Assembly (NCBI GenBank): GCA_038087875.1
Contig: CM075988.1
Coordinates: 16,866,001-16,930,000 of the forward strand
Origin: Malacoraja senta
Taxonomy: Eukaryota
Length of the DNA stretch: 64,000 nt
Reading direction: 5' to 3'
Shown here: in pieces, positions 11,361 through 24,805 of the stretch
Position numbering within the stretch: the first letter of the stretch is position 1
Layout of the letters: each line of letters begins with the position of its first letter
Made by a program: the position numbers and the translations under genes
Notes under the pieces: model-generated
Told to the model about the DNA's origin: nothing
What the model saw: the letters and a program-made list of their open reading frames with translations, nothing else
Database searches by the model: none

Positions 11361-12317
11361 CATTTCATATTCTGGGGGAGAATCTTGGGAGTTGATGGAA
11401 ATATGAGGACAAAAAAATGGGATTAATGAAGAATTATTGTAAATGGGTGGTTGATGGTAGACACGGACTCCATGGGCCGAAGGTTCGATATCCATGCGAT
11501 ATTAGTTTGTGTTAGCTCTTTCACCCCAAATTTATTTTCTAATGTAAAGCATTGTTGTGATGAGATTTGAACTTACGACCTGGGACCAATGATCCAAGTG
11601 TCTAGATGCCAGTCCAGACACATAATCAGCTTTGGCTGGAGATAGGCATAAAACGCTGGAGTAACTCAGGCAGCACCACTGGATAGAAGGAATGCGTGAC
11701 GTTTCGGATCAAGATCCTTTTGCAGACATCTGGATATGAAATGTGATTTCATGGCCCAGGGTGATAGTCCTCGCAAGATCCTATCAACTATTTAACTCCA
11801 GCCAATACTATAAAAGAAAGATTACCTTATTATTTGGCAAAAAAAAATGAACTGCTGGGTCAGGCAGCATCTGTGGAGGAAATGGACAGTCAACAGACTG
11901 ATCAGACTGAAGAAGGGTCCCAACCCAGAATTTCACCTGATCATTCCCTCCACAGATGCTGCCTGACCCGTTGAGTTCCTCCAGCAGTTTGATTTTTGCT
12001 CAAGATCCCAGCATGCAATGATTTGATGACACTCTATGTACCTCACGTACCTAGGTGGAGTGAAATTCTTTGTTTTTGCATACAATACAGTAAAATCACT
12101 CCGCAGACTTCACCCAGGCAGTACACAAAGAGTCGCCATGTTTCTGACGCCGACAATGTTTAAAAAGCTCTGAGCACAGTCCTGTCTTCCCTGAGTGGTG
12201 AACCAGGTCCCGACGGGTCCCTCTTCATTCTCAGCATCTGTGGTTTTGTGTGACGACATTATTATTTGATTGCTGTTAGTGGGAGTTTCCTTGTGACTAC
12301 ACGTTGAAAATACTCGC

Positions 12318-12600
12318 AAGTTCACAAATTATAGGAGTAGAATTATACCATTTGGCACATCGAGTCTCCTCCGCCATTCAATCAGGGTTGATCGCTGACT
12401 CCTAATCCCATTTTCCTGCCTTCTCCCCATAACCCTAATAATCAAGAATTTGTCTAATCTGCCTTAAAAATATCCACTGACTTGGCCTCCACAGCCCTCT
12501 TTGGCAATGAGTTCCACAGATTAACTACCCTCTGACTAAAGAAGTTCCTCTTCACCTCCTTTCTAAACAAGCGCCCTTTAATTCTGAGGCGATGACCTCT
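12318..12600 (-). mobile_element. CR1 ORF2 C-terminus and 3' UTR
   Basis: Translates RGHRLRIKGRLFRKEVKRNFFSQRVVNLWNSLPKRAVEAKSVDIFK, the typical CR1 C-terminus. Similar copies at about 25420-25650, 27145-27367 and 37535-37770. Confidence 0.9.
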
Positions 12601-12609
12601 GATCCAAGC

Positions 12610-12778
12610 GTTCCGGTTTCCTCCCACACTCAAAAGACGTACAGGTTTGTAGATTTGGATCGGCAAAAAAAATTAAATTGTCCCAAGTGTGCAGGATAAT
12701 GCTAATGTATAGGGATCGCTGGTCGGCACGGATTAGTTGGGTTAAAGGGCCTGTTTCCGTGCTGTATCTCTAAATAAA
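12610..12778 (+). mobile_element. V-SINE 3' half
   Basis: TCCGGTTTCCTCCCACACTCAAAAGACGTACAGG...GGGCCTGTTTCCGTGCTGTATCTCTAAA. Confidence 0.8.
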
Positions 12779-13126
12779 ATGAATGTGCAGTACCTTGTGT
12801 CTTCAAATAAAATATCTGGGTGCATTCAGACACTCTTATTCAGCAGTAATTAATTATGATGGCAAATACACACACAAAGGTTAATGAAGAGATTACTTCA
12901 CTGGTCACAGTTATTCTTTCAGTGGGTCTCTCTGCTGGTTAGGGCAGTGAACAGCTGGATACTGAGTGAATCCTCTTTTCCTCCAATAATGCCATGTAAT
13001 CTTTTGCATCCATCTGACTAGCCAGATGGGAGCTCATTCGAGCCATTATATTTGACAATGCAGAGTCTTTCCTGTGCTGTTTTGAAGGGAGCTCCTCGAT
13101 GAATTGCTTTGGGTTTTGCTTTTGAG

Positions 13127-13410
13127 CAGCACAGGGGGCAGCTGGTAAGAGCTGCTGCCTCACAGCGCCAGAGACCCGGGTTCAATCCTGACCTCGGCTG
13201 CCATCCGTGTGGAGTTTGCACGTTCTCCCTGTGGCCGTGTGGGTTTCCTCCGGGTGCTCCAGTTTCCTCCCACATCCCAAAGCCATGCGGGTTGTTGGGT
13301 TAAATGGCCTCTGTAAATTTGCTGGGAATGGGCTAATATAAATGGGTGATCGATGGTCAGTGTGGACTCGGTGAGCCGAAAGGCCTGGTTCCATGCTGTT
13401 CCTGTAAACT
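13127..13410 (+). mobile_element. V-SINE
   Basis: Head, V core and CR1-like tail. Confidence 0.85.
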
Positions 13411-13874
13411 ATAAGCTAATACACAACCTTCACAGGTAATTGCTAGCCTGTGAGCCAAGCTGGGATTTAAATAAAAGTGGGAAAAACTGAGGTCTTTCAT
13501 CTGCTGGTCTCTGCCAGCATTCTCTATTTCTTTTTCGGATTTTCTGCATCTGCAGTTTATTTTTTCAGGCATTGATTGACTCGCTGGAAATATATTTATG
13601 TTAAATCTTCAGTCATAGAGGTATACAGTATGGAAACAGGCCCTTCGGCCCAACTCATCCATGCCGACCAAGTTGCCCTATCTGAACCCATATCCCTATA
13701 AATCTTTCCTACCCATGTACCTGTCCAAATGTCTTTTAAATGCTGTTACAGTACCTGCCTCAACTACCATCCGGTTTTCCCCTTCCCCCACGACAATGTC
13801 GAAAAAAGCATCCCGAACCTAAACGTCAGCTGCCCATTTTCTCCAGAGACGCCTCCTGACCCGCTGAGTAACTT

Positions 13875-13970
13875 CAGTCTGAAGAAGGGTTTCGGCCCGA
13901 AACGTTGCCTATTTCCTTCGCTCCATAGATGCTGCTGCACCCGCTGAGTTTCTCCAGCACTTTTGTCTCC
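13875..13970 (+). mobile_element. Young PLE terminal-repeat fragment (same family as 1491-2549)
   Basis: CAGTCTGAAGAAGGGTTTCGGCCCGAAACGTTGCCTATTTCCTTCGCTCCATAGATGCTGCTGCACCCG. Confidence 0.85.
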
Positions 13971-14951
13971 CTTCAGTATTTTGGGTCCATCTACCACCTC
14001 TAGCAGCTATTTCTGTAATCCCACCACCCTGTGAGTGAAAAGGTTGCCTCAGGAAAATCCATTCCTTTCAAAAATCCAGGCCTCGGAATGATTTTGGAAG
14101 AGCAGGAACTTGAAAAGTGTAACTCTCTTACTGACAAGTTAGAACTCGGAGAGAGTTTGGTCCTAGATTCTACCTCTCTAATCTCAGTGGCCGATCCATT
14201 AAACAAAATTTTTATTCATCATTTCCATGCAACAAGTATACCTAAGTGCCCAAAATCTAATAAATTATAAATACAGATTAAAACTTCCATGACTAAACCC
14301 ACTCGAGCGTTCGTACAAAGCCATATAAACGTTCCCACGATATACCTTGCGGTTGCATTATTTATTAGGAACTGAAACATTTATGTACAGGACAAGAGAA
14401 ACAGTGGTTTCAGGAGAATATACCATTTTAATGCTATTTAGGTGTATTTGTCCCTGGGAGTTTTTGGATCCCAAACAATCTGCAATGCCTGGAGCCACAA
14501 GTTCACAGCACCACACTCCTAAGGCCAAGTGTTCTAAATGCACTGACTTGCTTCGCAATTGCACTCAGCATCGAGCCTCTATATCGACAAAGACAAACAA
14601 AGACCTTGCAGGAATATGGCTATTTCATTTTCCTTTTTGCTCCCCACATACAGAGATAGGGAAGAAATGGCACATTGCAGTCCAGTCCACAAATAAATAA
14701 TTACCCCATCGATTCATATAAGTGGACTGAGGTAGCGTTGTGGTTAAGTCACCGACTAGCAGGCAGAATTGTAGATCATTGATGCACAGACAACATGTCA
14801 AATCTCACCGCAATAGCTGGGGAGTTTAAACGTGAGCAATTAAATCAATTTGTACCTTTGAAGCAGCACGGTGGGGCAGCTGATAGAGCTGCTGCCTCAC
14901 AGCGCCAGAGACCCGGGTTTGATCCTGACCTCGGGTGTTGTCTATGTGGAG

Positions 14952-16187
14952 TCTACCACAGGGTTTGGTGTTGGGCCCGTTACTTTTCACATTGTATATT
15001 AATGATTTGGGTGATGGAATTCATGGATTTGTGATCATTTTTGTGGATTATGAAAAGATAGCTGGAGAGGCAGGTAATGTTGAGGAAGCAGGGAGTCTGC
15101 GGAAGGACGGACAGGTTGGCAGAACGCGCAAACAATTGGCAAATGGAATAGAGCGTTGCAAAATGTACGGTCATGCTCTTTGGGAGAAGGAATAAAGGCG
15201 TAGACTGTTTTCTAAATGAGGAGAGGATTCTCTGTCTGTGGAATTCTCTGCCTCAGAGGGCGGTGGAGGCAGGTTCTCTGGATGCTTTCAAGAGAGAGCT
15301 AGATAGGGCTCTTAAAAATAGCGGAGTCATGGGATATGGGGAGAAGGCAGGAACGGGGTACTGATTGGGGATGATCAGCCATGATCACATTGAATGGCGG
15401 TGCTGGCTCGAAGGGCCGAATGGCCTGCTCCTGCACCTATTGTCTATTGATTCAGAAATAGGAGGTGCTTGGGAGTACTGGGTGCAGGATTTCCAAAAGG
15501 TTGATTTGCAGGTTAAGTCGGTGGTAAAGATGGTAAATGCAATGATAGCATTAATTTCAAGAGGACTAGAATATTAAAGCAAGAATGTAATACTGAGGCT
15601 TTACAAGGCACTGCTCAGGCCAAATTTGGAATACTGCGAGCGGTTTAGGTTTCATGTCTGAGGAAGGGTGTGTTGGCATTGAAGGGGATCCAGGGGAGAT
15701 TTACGAGAATGATCCTGGGGATGATTGGGTTAATGTATGAGGAGCCTTTGATGGCACTGGGCCTGTTCTCACTGGAATTTAGAAGGATGGGTGGGGGGGG
15801 GGGGGTTGGGGGTCTCATTCAAACTTACTGAATAATGAAAGGTCTAGAGTGGATGTGGAGAGGATGTTTCCAGCAGTGAGAGAGTCTCTGACCAGAGGGC
15901 ATAGGCTCAAAATTAAAGGATGTACCTTTAGAATGGAGATGAAGAGGAATTTCTTTACCCAGAGGCTGGGAATCTGTGGAATTCATTGCCACAGGCAGCA
16001 GTGGAGGCCAATTCATTGGTGTTTTTAAAGCAGAGATTGACATATTCTGGATTTGTAAGGGTGTCGAGGGTTACAGGGAAAAAGCAGAAGAATGGGGATG
16101 AGAGGGAGAAATAGATCAGCCGTGATCAAATGGCAGAGCAGATCGATGGGCCAAATGGCCTAATTCTTGCTCTTACGTCTTATGATC
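14952..16187 (+). pseudogene. 5'-truncated CR1 LINE with disrupted reverse-transcriptase ORF2
   Basis: LPQGLVLGPLLFTLYINDL...FVDYEKIAG matches the PQGSVLGP..YINDL..FADDTK pattern. Downstream CR1 C-terminal and 3' UTR motifs, with frameshifts and stops. Confidence 0.88.
15230..15449 (+). mobile_element. Young CR1 3' end nested inside older CR1
   Basis: Near-identical to 33800-34020; ends CCTATTGTCTATTG. Confidence 0.88.
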
Positions 16188-16313
16188 ATTGCACATTCTC
16201 CCTGTGGCCTGTGGGTTTCCTCCGGGTGCTCGGGTTCCCTCTCACGTCCCAAGATATGCGGGTTTGTAGATTAATTGGCCTCTGTAAAATTCCCCAAATG
16301 TGGAATGGATGGA

Positions 16314-16540
16314 ACGTGGTGGCGCAGCGGTAGAGTGCTGCCTTACAGCAAAATGCAGCACTGGAGACCCGGGTTCGATCCGACTAGGGGTGCCTGTCAG
16401 TACGGAGTTTGTACGTTCTCCCCGTGACCTGCGTGGGTTTTCTCCGAGATCTTCGGTTTCCTCCCACACTCCAAAGACGTACAGGTTTGTAGGTTAATTG
16501 GCTTGATTAATTGGCTTGATAAATGTAAAAATTGTCCAGT
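16314..16540 (+). mobile_element. V-SINE (insertion subfamily), 3'-truncated
   Basis: Head with extra AAATGCAGC, plus V core. Confidence 0.85.
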
Positions 16541-18050
16541 ATAAATGGTCCAACTTCCAACTTCCAACTGGTGGACTCTTCGGAAGGTACAAGGTTGCAA
16601 TCACCAGCTGGTCCACCCACCATCTTGGATTCGCAAGCTTATGAACAATGCATCTTAGGCCCTGACTTCGTAAGACCGTTAACAAGTGTACTATGAACTT
16701 TTTTAATGATGTAGCACATTTGATCTGCTGAGGGAAGAAGCCAGGCTGGTGCCTACAGCCCTCAGCACTACTTGGTTGCCACCAAGAGAGCATTACATCT
16801 TGCCAGGAGACTCAATGATATTGTGGAGAGCCTCCCAGCAGTCCTAAATCACGATAGTGATCGTGCAGCAAAACCAATATGTTAGCAGCAAAACTGCTAT
16901 GAACATCCTAAAATTGGAAGCATTTTCCATCACAAAGACATTAGCGCAAAATAGGTACACAGGAAACTGGATATAATTACAGATCCCATCAACTCCTACA
17001 AATGAAACAAACTCCAACTGCACGAAACCTGCATACAAAGGTCATAAACAGACCGCAAGAAGAATCACATTGCCTATTTAACTTTTGAAGGAGCATTATA
17101 ATGGTTGGGAGTCGAGGAAATAATAAATTTATTTTGGGAATAAGTTTATTTCCATGCCTTGTTAAAAGGAACAGGGCCCATTCTCACAGTTCAAGGCAAA
17201 ATCTGTGCATAAAGAATGGATTCCCATTCATTTCCCACCGCCCCTAATCTGCTCAGGTCTAATGAGACTTATGGATGATTAAGTGATGCCTTATAATGAA
17301 AAGTTGGTAGCACTACAAAAATTAGACCAATTGACATAAATTTGTTTCTCCAGCCTCTAATTTGATGGAAGGAGAAGCCTCAGAGGTCCATGTTCTCCCG
17401 CGATGAAGATTAGTCTTGTTCCGTCTTCAGTGGCTAGTTATTGTTCGTTTCTTCAGCACCAGCTGAGTCGGTCCACATCCAACCTTATTTGCAATAACAC
17501 AGGGTACAAGGCAGCTGTGGCCATCAATCAGTTCAGCTCCAGGCACTCACACAGGCTGAAGATCACTCAACGTTTCATTAAAAAGAAACCAACCACCGTC
17601 CTTTGAGCCCGAGGATCAAAGTAAGCATTCTCCCTGACCAGCATCTACAAATGTTGACTGCATCTGAAATCCGGAGGTGCGAACCTTTGTTGATGTCTTC
17701 TTGGAATGACAAAAGGATAAAGGGTGACAAAAGATGCTTTGCTCAACTCTACATCATCAGGTTAAAGGAAAGGGACTAATGGATCTAGTCTACCCAGGTT
17801 GCCTGCTATATCAATCCTCTCATATTCAAACATGACCACAATAAGCATATTCACTGCAATTGCTGGAAGTGTTTAGCAGCCAGGCTACATGTGAGAAGAA
17901 AGAAACAGAGTGAACAATTCAAAAGATTTTCATCATAAAGGCATACAGCAGAGATCTTCAGCCCACCTCTATGCCAACCAAGGTGCCCAACTAGTCTTAT
18001 TTTGCCCACATCACCCCTTAGCTTCCTGCGCTCCAAGGAATAAAGTCTTA

Positions 18051-18251
18051 AGGGCCTGTCCCACTGCGGCGACCTAATTTGCGAGTTTAGACGAGTTTGC
18101 GCTCGACTCAAACTTGCAGCCTGGTCGACATGTGGTCCTAGGAGGTTTCATCGCCGACGGTTGATCCAGCTCGAGGTTTTTCAGGCGAGTGCCCTCGAGC
18201 TTGAAGGTCGAAGACAGTCGGTGGAAAAGTCGCGTTGGTGGGACAGGGCCT
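18051..18251. mobile_element. PIF/Harbinger-type MITE
   Basis: TIR AGGGCCTGTCCCAC/GTGGGACAGGGCCT with TTA on both sides. Left part matches 63772-64000. Confidence 0.8.
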
Positions 18252-18686
18252 TTACAATGCCCAACCTCCCTCTATCGCTCAGGCCCTGAAGTCCTGGCGA
18301 CTTCCTCATAAAATGTGGGATGTGGGAAAAACTGGTGGAAACCTGGCTTCACGATACAAGGGATGGAGGGATATGGGCCAAATTGGACTAGCTTTGATTG
18401 AGCATCTTGGTCAGCACGGCCAAGTTGATCTGAAGGGCCTGTTTCCGTGTTGTATGACTATATGACTGTAATACAAGTACAATACTGGTGAAAATGAATA
18501 AAACGCGCTCAGGACTGAGAAAAATCAAACAAAAAGAACAAGGTGTTGCCTAATGCTTTCCAAAAATAACCAAACTGCCGTTATAAAAGTCAAAGATTGC
18601 TACAGTTTGATAGACAGGGAACCTTTGCTTAATTACACCTCTTTAAATTATCCCACTGTGGGATGAACAGTGTATATTTGCAGATA

Positions 18687-18865
18687 GACACAAAAAGCTG
18701 GAGTAACTCAGCGGGACAGGCAGCATCTCTGGAGAGAAGGATGGGTGACGTTTCGGGTCGAGACCCTTCTTCAGTCTGACCCTCCTGCCCGTCCCACTGA
18801 GTTTACTTCAGCTTTTTGTGTCTATCTTCGGTTTAAACCAGCATCTGCGGTTCCTTCTTACACAC
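18687..18865. mobile_element. Palindromic PLE-derived mini-element
   Basis: Inverted terminal-repeat copies; TSD ATATTTG(C/T)AGATA at 18674-18686 and 18866-18878. Confidence 0.85.
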
Positions 18866-19282
18866 ATATTTGTAGATAATATCAACCGGACAGAGAACAA
18901 TATTTATTTTGATCCTGAGCCCTGAAAGACCACAGTTGGTTTAAAGAATCAATGTGTTCAATCAAAAAGACTGCCACCACTTCACAGACCGGACAGCTTG
19001 AGTGGAGGAAAAAAGTTAACATTTAAGGTGCTGACCTTTCACCTGTTCTGATGAAAAATTATCGACCTGTTCCCTGCTTGACAGATGTGTTCTGACATAT
19101 CCAGCAATTTTGATTTTTATTTCAGATTTCCAGCATCAGCCAGATTTCACTTTTGAATCATTTGCTGTCAAATTCCGTTTGACAATTTTCACAAGCACTC
19201 ACCTTGGTACAGTGAAGCTCCATTATATTCTGCTGGCCATGCCGTATAAATGTACTGTGATACAAGTTATAGTTACCGAGTC

Positions 19283-19605
19283 TAGTTTGGTTTAGTTTAG
19301 AGATGCAGCGTGTAAACAGGCCCTTCGGCCCTCCGGGTCCGCGCCGACCAGCGTTCCCCGCATATTAACACTGATGTACACACTATAGGGACAATTTTTA
19401 CATTCACCAAGCTAATTAACTTACAAACCTGTACGTCTTTGGAGTGTGGGAGGAAACTGAAGATCTCGGAGAAAAACCCACGCAGTCACGGGGAGAACGT
19501 ACAAACCCCATACAAACAGCACCCGTAGTCGGGATCGAACCCTGGTCTTTAGCGCTGCAAGCGCTGAACAGCAGCAACTCTACCGTTGCGCCACCGTGCC
19601 GCCCT
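19283..19605 (-). mobile_element. V-SINE, full length
   Basis: Reverse-complement head, core and tail. Confidence 0.9.
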
Positions 19606-21422
19606 TCTAAGAGTCGAACAACTCTTTTTTTTAGGATAAAAACAGCTACTCTTTACTCCAGCTGAAAGTGGAGATAATTGGGTCATTCATCTGCTAACCA
19701 TTAATTGGTCAGCATGGACTAGTTGGGCCGAGGGGCCTGTTTCCATGTTGTAGGACTCTATCTATGACTATACTGTATCTCAGGTACTGGAATCTGCAGC
19801 AAAATGCAAACCATTCGAGGAACTCAGCTGGCCAGGCAGCATCTAGTGGGGGGAAGGATGCTGTTTGATCTGCTGAGTTCTTCCAGCATTCACACAGAGG
19901 GTGGTCGGTACATAGAACCAGCAGTCACTGGAAAGTAGTAGAGGCAGGTACTACAGCAACAATTAAAATATATTTGCACAGGTACATGGATAGGAAAGGT
20001 TTAGAAGGATATGGGCCAAACACAGGCAGGTGAGACTGTTATAGATGGGGCACCTAGGTTGGTGTGGGCAAGTTGGGCCGAAGGCCTGTTTCCATACTGT
20101 ATGACTCTATCTATGATTCGTAGAGCATAATGTCGATTTTGGGTCGATACTCCTCATCAGACTGATTGTAGCAGGGGAGAGAAAGCTGGAAAAGAGGTGG
20201 GGGTGGGGACACCTGGTTAGTCATAGTTGGAGAAACAAGGTCCTGCGGATGCTGGTTTACAAAAAGAGAAGATAGTCGGTTACAGGTTAGTGGGGGAGGA
20301 AGAGTGGTTTGATCCGCAGATTGGGCGGACAAAGTGAGTTCTTCCAGCAGTCTGTTTTTGCTACTAATTTTTCAAAACAAAGCATTGGAAATATTTCTGT
20401 ATTACAACCTTCAAATAAAATTGGCAAAGAAACACAATGTTTTCAATGATACAGAAAAGAGTTTTTTGTGGAATCCTGCATTGGACACGCATGTTTAACA
20501 CAGCATTTGAGTCCAAATCCTCACTCTGTTTCATACACAGAATTCCGGCTTGAAAGCTTGATCTTCATTTTCAATTTTTAAAATCTAAATAAAATTGTAT
20601 TTATGTTGGGGAAAAAAAGAAAGCATTGCTTTTGGAAATAATTTTTTAATGCATCCTTAAGCATGGAACCAGCTGTTTACTTTGCATCTATAGGAGCTTG
20701 TGCTCCAATTAGACATGGTATCATAGGATATGCGGGCTCCAATAATGTGACACTTTCACAGATAGTTTGCACCAACAGTTTAAGATGCAACATGTAAACA
20801 GTTTTTGAGTGCATTGTCCTGCGAATAAAACATTGCCTCCACATGCAAACATAAGCCCTCAATGCAGTCTTGAATGCATTATAGTTTTCATGATAAATCA
20901 TGAAAATGTAATAAAATCATGAATGCCCATGGACTGAAAACATGAAGAAGGGTCTCGACCCAAAACGTCACACATTGCTTCAATCCAGAGATGCTGCCTG
21001 TCCCTCTGAGTTACACCAGCAATTTGTGTCTACCTTACAGGCAACATGAGGCAGCTTTAAAATGCAAATGCAGAGAGATTGGAGGATATTTAGCAGGTCA
21101 ACAGATTCAGACAGCAGGGAGGTGTTTATTGACATAGGGCAGTACTCCATTTAAATTTCCTTAAAAATGAAGCTTCACCAATCGCCTCCCTTGTAAGGAG
21201 TTTAAACAATGAGTTGAATGAATGGTTTAGCTGTCGCAGGCATTTGTTTGATCAGAAGATTAAGTCAGGCTTGCAGATACATGTTTTTGTTCCTCTCTGC
21301 CTCTCAATGGCTTTGCTGGTATTGTTCTTTCCGGTGTAAATTCTCTTCATCCCGCAGCCTTTATCCACGGGCCGTGTGCCTGGCTCATGTATGGATAGGA
21401 GCTGATCAAGTCAAGTGTGCGC

Positions 21423-21461
21423 ACAAGCACACGCACACGCACACGCACACGCACACGCACA
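21423..21461. repeat. (GCACAC)n microsatellite
   Basis: Seen directly. Confidence 0.9.
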
Positions 21462-21659
21462 CGGTCCAGGAAGCACTCAAGATAATAGTCCAATCTGAAA
21501 ATTGTAGGCTGGCACACAATAACCACAGGATGCGTGGTGATGTCAGTGGCAGTTGTTGGACATTTGGACGTGACTTCCAACTTGTGATCGAACATGAGGG
21601 TATAAGCAAGGAGAGATATAATCAGCCCATCACTCCCATGCAAGCTCTTTGAAAGAGTT

Positions 21660-21975
21660 AGAACATAGAACAGTACAGCACAGGAACAGGCCCTTCAGTC
21701 CACAGTACCAAACATAATACCAAGAATAATCCATATCCCTCCATTACCTGCATGCCTATATGTTCATCCAAAGGTCTTCTAAATGCCACTAGACCATCTG
21801 TTTCCAGCTTGACCCATGTGGTGCGTTCCAGGCACTGCCCCCCCCCCCCCAACCCGGTAGCCCGCACAACTCCTTTAAAACTTTGCCCCTCTCACCTTAA
21901 AGCTACGCCCTCTAGTATTTGATTTTTTCCATCCTGGGAAAATGTATACCCTGTCTATGCCTCTTTTAATTTTAT
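21660..21975 (-). mobile_element. CR1 3' end
   Basis: AGAACATAGAACAGTACAGCACAGGAACAGGCCC...CTTTGCCCCTCTCACCTTAAA. Similar copy at about 27405-27690. Confidence 0.8.
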
Positions 21976-23499
21976 TTACTTGAAGATATATATATCTCTT
22001 CAATTATATATATTTCCTAATCAAACATATATTCAATTCCCTTCTGAAAATTATTATTGACTCTGCTTCCCGTTTCCAAGTCCAACAAGACTTGGCAGAT
22101 TATCACAACCCACAATGTGAAAGATGTTCCCGAATATTTCTGTAACCACCTTGAACATGTGATCTCTGTTTACTGACAATCCCACAGCACGACATGAGAA
22201 CAATCCATGAGAATTATTCATGATATTGAACACGTGGTATTAAATCTTTTTTTAACTTCATTGTTCAAAGAGAAATATCCGAGGTTCGCCTGTCATGTTG
22301 CTCGCGGCAATGCAGTGCATCTCTCGCTCACCTTCTCCAAAGTGAGAACCTTCCCTGAATGTTGACCCTTCTGCAAAGAAAGGAAAGCTACTCATTGGTG
22401 AACATGTTAAGGCAAAGCAGGGTAGTCCTCCACTACTTCTGAGTTTACCATTGGATGCCAAGTCGCAATCATCCAATTTTAAGCATCTCCACCACTGTTC
22501 GGGTAAGACGAGTCCTGTTGGTGACCTGTCCTAATATCTTCAGCTAATGTGTCTGTAACGCTGCAATAGGTAAGAGTTTCACTGTTCCGGTTTTGGATTA
22601 GGTTTATCATTGTCATACGTACCGAGGTCCAGTGAAAGCTTTATTCTGCATGCCATCCAAACAGATCAGATAACACTATAGATAAATACAATCACGTCAA
22701 ACTCATGTGCAATAGATAGAGCAAAGGGGAAGATACAGAGTGTGCAGAATACGTTCTGGGATGGATAAAGGCTGCAGGATAAATGGAAAGAACAATAACA
22801 CATTCGTTCCACAGACAAAGTCCAATGTCCACAATGGGGTAGAGTCATAACTAGTGTATATCACACATAAACAATCTTGACTCTTTGTAATGTTAAAGGT
22901 GCTGCCTAAATGTTTAATGGTGTTAGACTGCCTACAGTGTCTTCCCCGCGTGTACAAGCTGCTAACTTCAGTCGAATAGGAATGATGCTGACTGCTGACT
23001 TCATCATTAAGCACTTATCACTTTAATGTGCTGATGCGTCAAATAATGCATGAATTTAATGAATGTCCTGAAATATAGTTCAAATCATGCAGCAATAAGG
23101 AATATAGAAGCCGCACATCAGTGCATAGACTCTCTCATCTTTGCCTCGGCCTTAATAAGTATTAACAACAAATCCCTGGTTCTCATGTTACGACGGCTTG
23201 ATTTGATGTCTTGCTGAGGGTACAAGCTAATTAAACCAACACAGACAGCCCTAACACAGCCCCGTGACCTTGCTGCTCTAAAGGCCACACATTTATCCTT
23301 CCAAGCCAGCCATTTGTGATTCTCCTGGATCAGCCCCTGCTGTCACTGCCTAAACATAGCGCAAGCTCCGAGCCACCGCCGTCTCCTCCCCCACCTCTCT
23401 GTTCTGACCATTAAGCCTTCTCTATGCACCAGAGCCAAACAGAGGGAAAGCTCCTTAATTCAGTGGGAGATTAGGGAACCTGCCGCTTGCATATAGCCA

Positions 23500-23543
23500 G
23501 CGCTGGGAGGCTGCCGCTGGGAGGCTGGCGCTGGGAGGCTGCC
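23500..23543. repeat. 14-bp tandem repeat (CGCTGGGAGGCTGS) x3
   Basis: cgctgggaggctgc cgctgggaggctgg cgctgggaggctgc. Confidence 0.85.
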
Positions 23544-24389
23544 GGAGAACAGGGCTGCAAATGAATAAGTCCATGTGCAAACTTTAACACACCGTGAGTG
23601 CATTAACATTATTGATGGCTTGTCACTTAAGCAAAGGAAGCTTGTTAAATGAAAAACCTCTCAGGAACATGCCCTGAAGATTTACAATGAACAGCTCAAG
23701 CTCAACTGCTCAAACACCTCTCCTGATGAGATGTAAAACATCGCCCTCATTGTTTTCTCAATAATGCCAACGGGACAAAATATTGATGGCTTTGCGGCCT
23801 GAGCCCAGAACTGTCGAGCGTGTGGCGAATTGTGTTCTGTTGGTGAATTTACTGATTAGCAAATGCCTCGCCATGGAGAGAAGGAAGTCTCTCCGTACAA
23901 CATCCGTCTCTGTCTCAGAGTGGTATCTGTTCAATATCAGGACCGCTGTCGGTCTTTGGGAATTGAAGAGTAACCCAGCCAATGTTCCTCCATCTCATCG
24001 CATTTCATAGTGTCTTCATGAGAGATGACATAATAGGGGCCAAGAATCTAAAGTGTTCAATTGCCTTATGTACCAGAAGCATAACAATGACAATTCTTAC
24101 TTGCTGCAACCTAACAAGCAAGTAAACGCAATAACATGCAGATTATACGCACAGATAAATATATAATAAAATAATAGCTAGAATTCTCATTCCATATTGG
24201 GTCAGAAAAAACTGAATAATCTTATGATCTTTATTAGAGTCATATTGACAAGCAGCAAGCTGGAGACTTTACATTGCATTTGGCTCATGTTTGTTGTGGG
24301 TTTAAGAGATCTCACAGTGTGTCACGGTATAATACAGAGATTGTAGCAACTAATTTGTACACAGCAAGCTCCCATTAGCTTTGGGCTCT

Positions 24390-24705
24390 TTAGTTTAGTA
24401 TAAAGGTACAGTGGGGAAACAGGCCCTTCGGCCCACTGGGTCCGCGCCGACCAGCGATCCCCGCATATTAACACTATCCCATACCCACCAGGGACAATTT
24501 TTACATTTACCAAGTCAATTAATCTAGAAACCTGTACGTCTTTCGAGTGTGGGAAGAAACCGAAGAATTTGGAGAAAACCCACGCAGGTCACGGGGAGAA
24601 CGTACAAACTCTGTACAGACAGCGCCCGTAGTCTGGATCGAACCCGGTTCTCCGGCGCTGCATTCGCTGTGAGGCAGCAACTCTACCACTGCGCCACCAT
24701 GCCGC
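24390..24705 (-). mobile_element. V-SINE (insertion subfamily), full length
   Basis: Reverse-complement head containing CAGCGAATGCAGCGCC, plus core and tail. Confidence 0.9.
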
Positions 24706-24805
24706 TCTTGTTCTATTTATTCATTATACAGGAGTAGCTGACAAGGTTGGCGTTTATTGCACATCCCTTTATGCCCCAGAGTAGGTGATGATGAGAGACC
24801 TGCTT

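Larger units (their letters stand above)
14866..16295 (+). mobile_element. V-SINE split by a CR1 insertion (head 14866-14950, remainder about 16189-16295)
   Basis: The head stops at ...TATGTGGAGT and the SINE resumes at TTGCACATTCTCCCTGTGG after about 1.2 kb of CR1. Confidence 0.75.

Noticed and set aside
12939..13110. Minus-strand frame ...KDYMALLEEKRIHS...
   Set aside because: Start lies in a SINE; no recognisable domain or clear splice sites.
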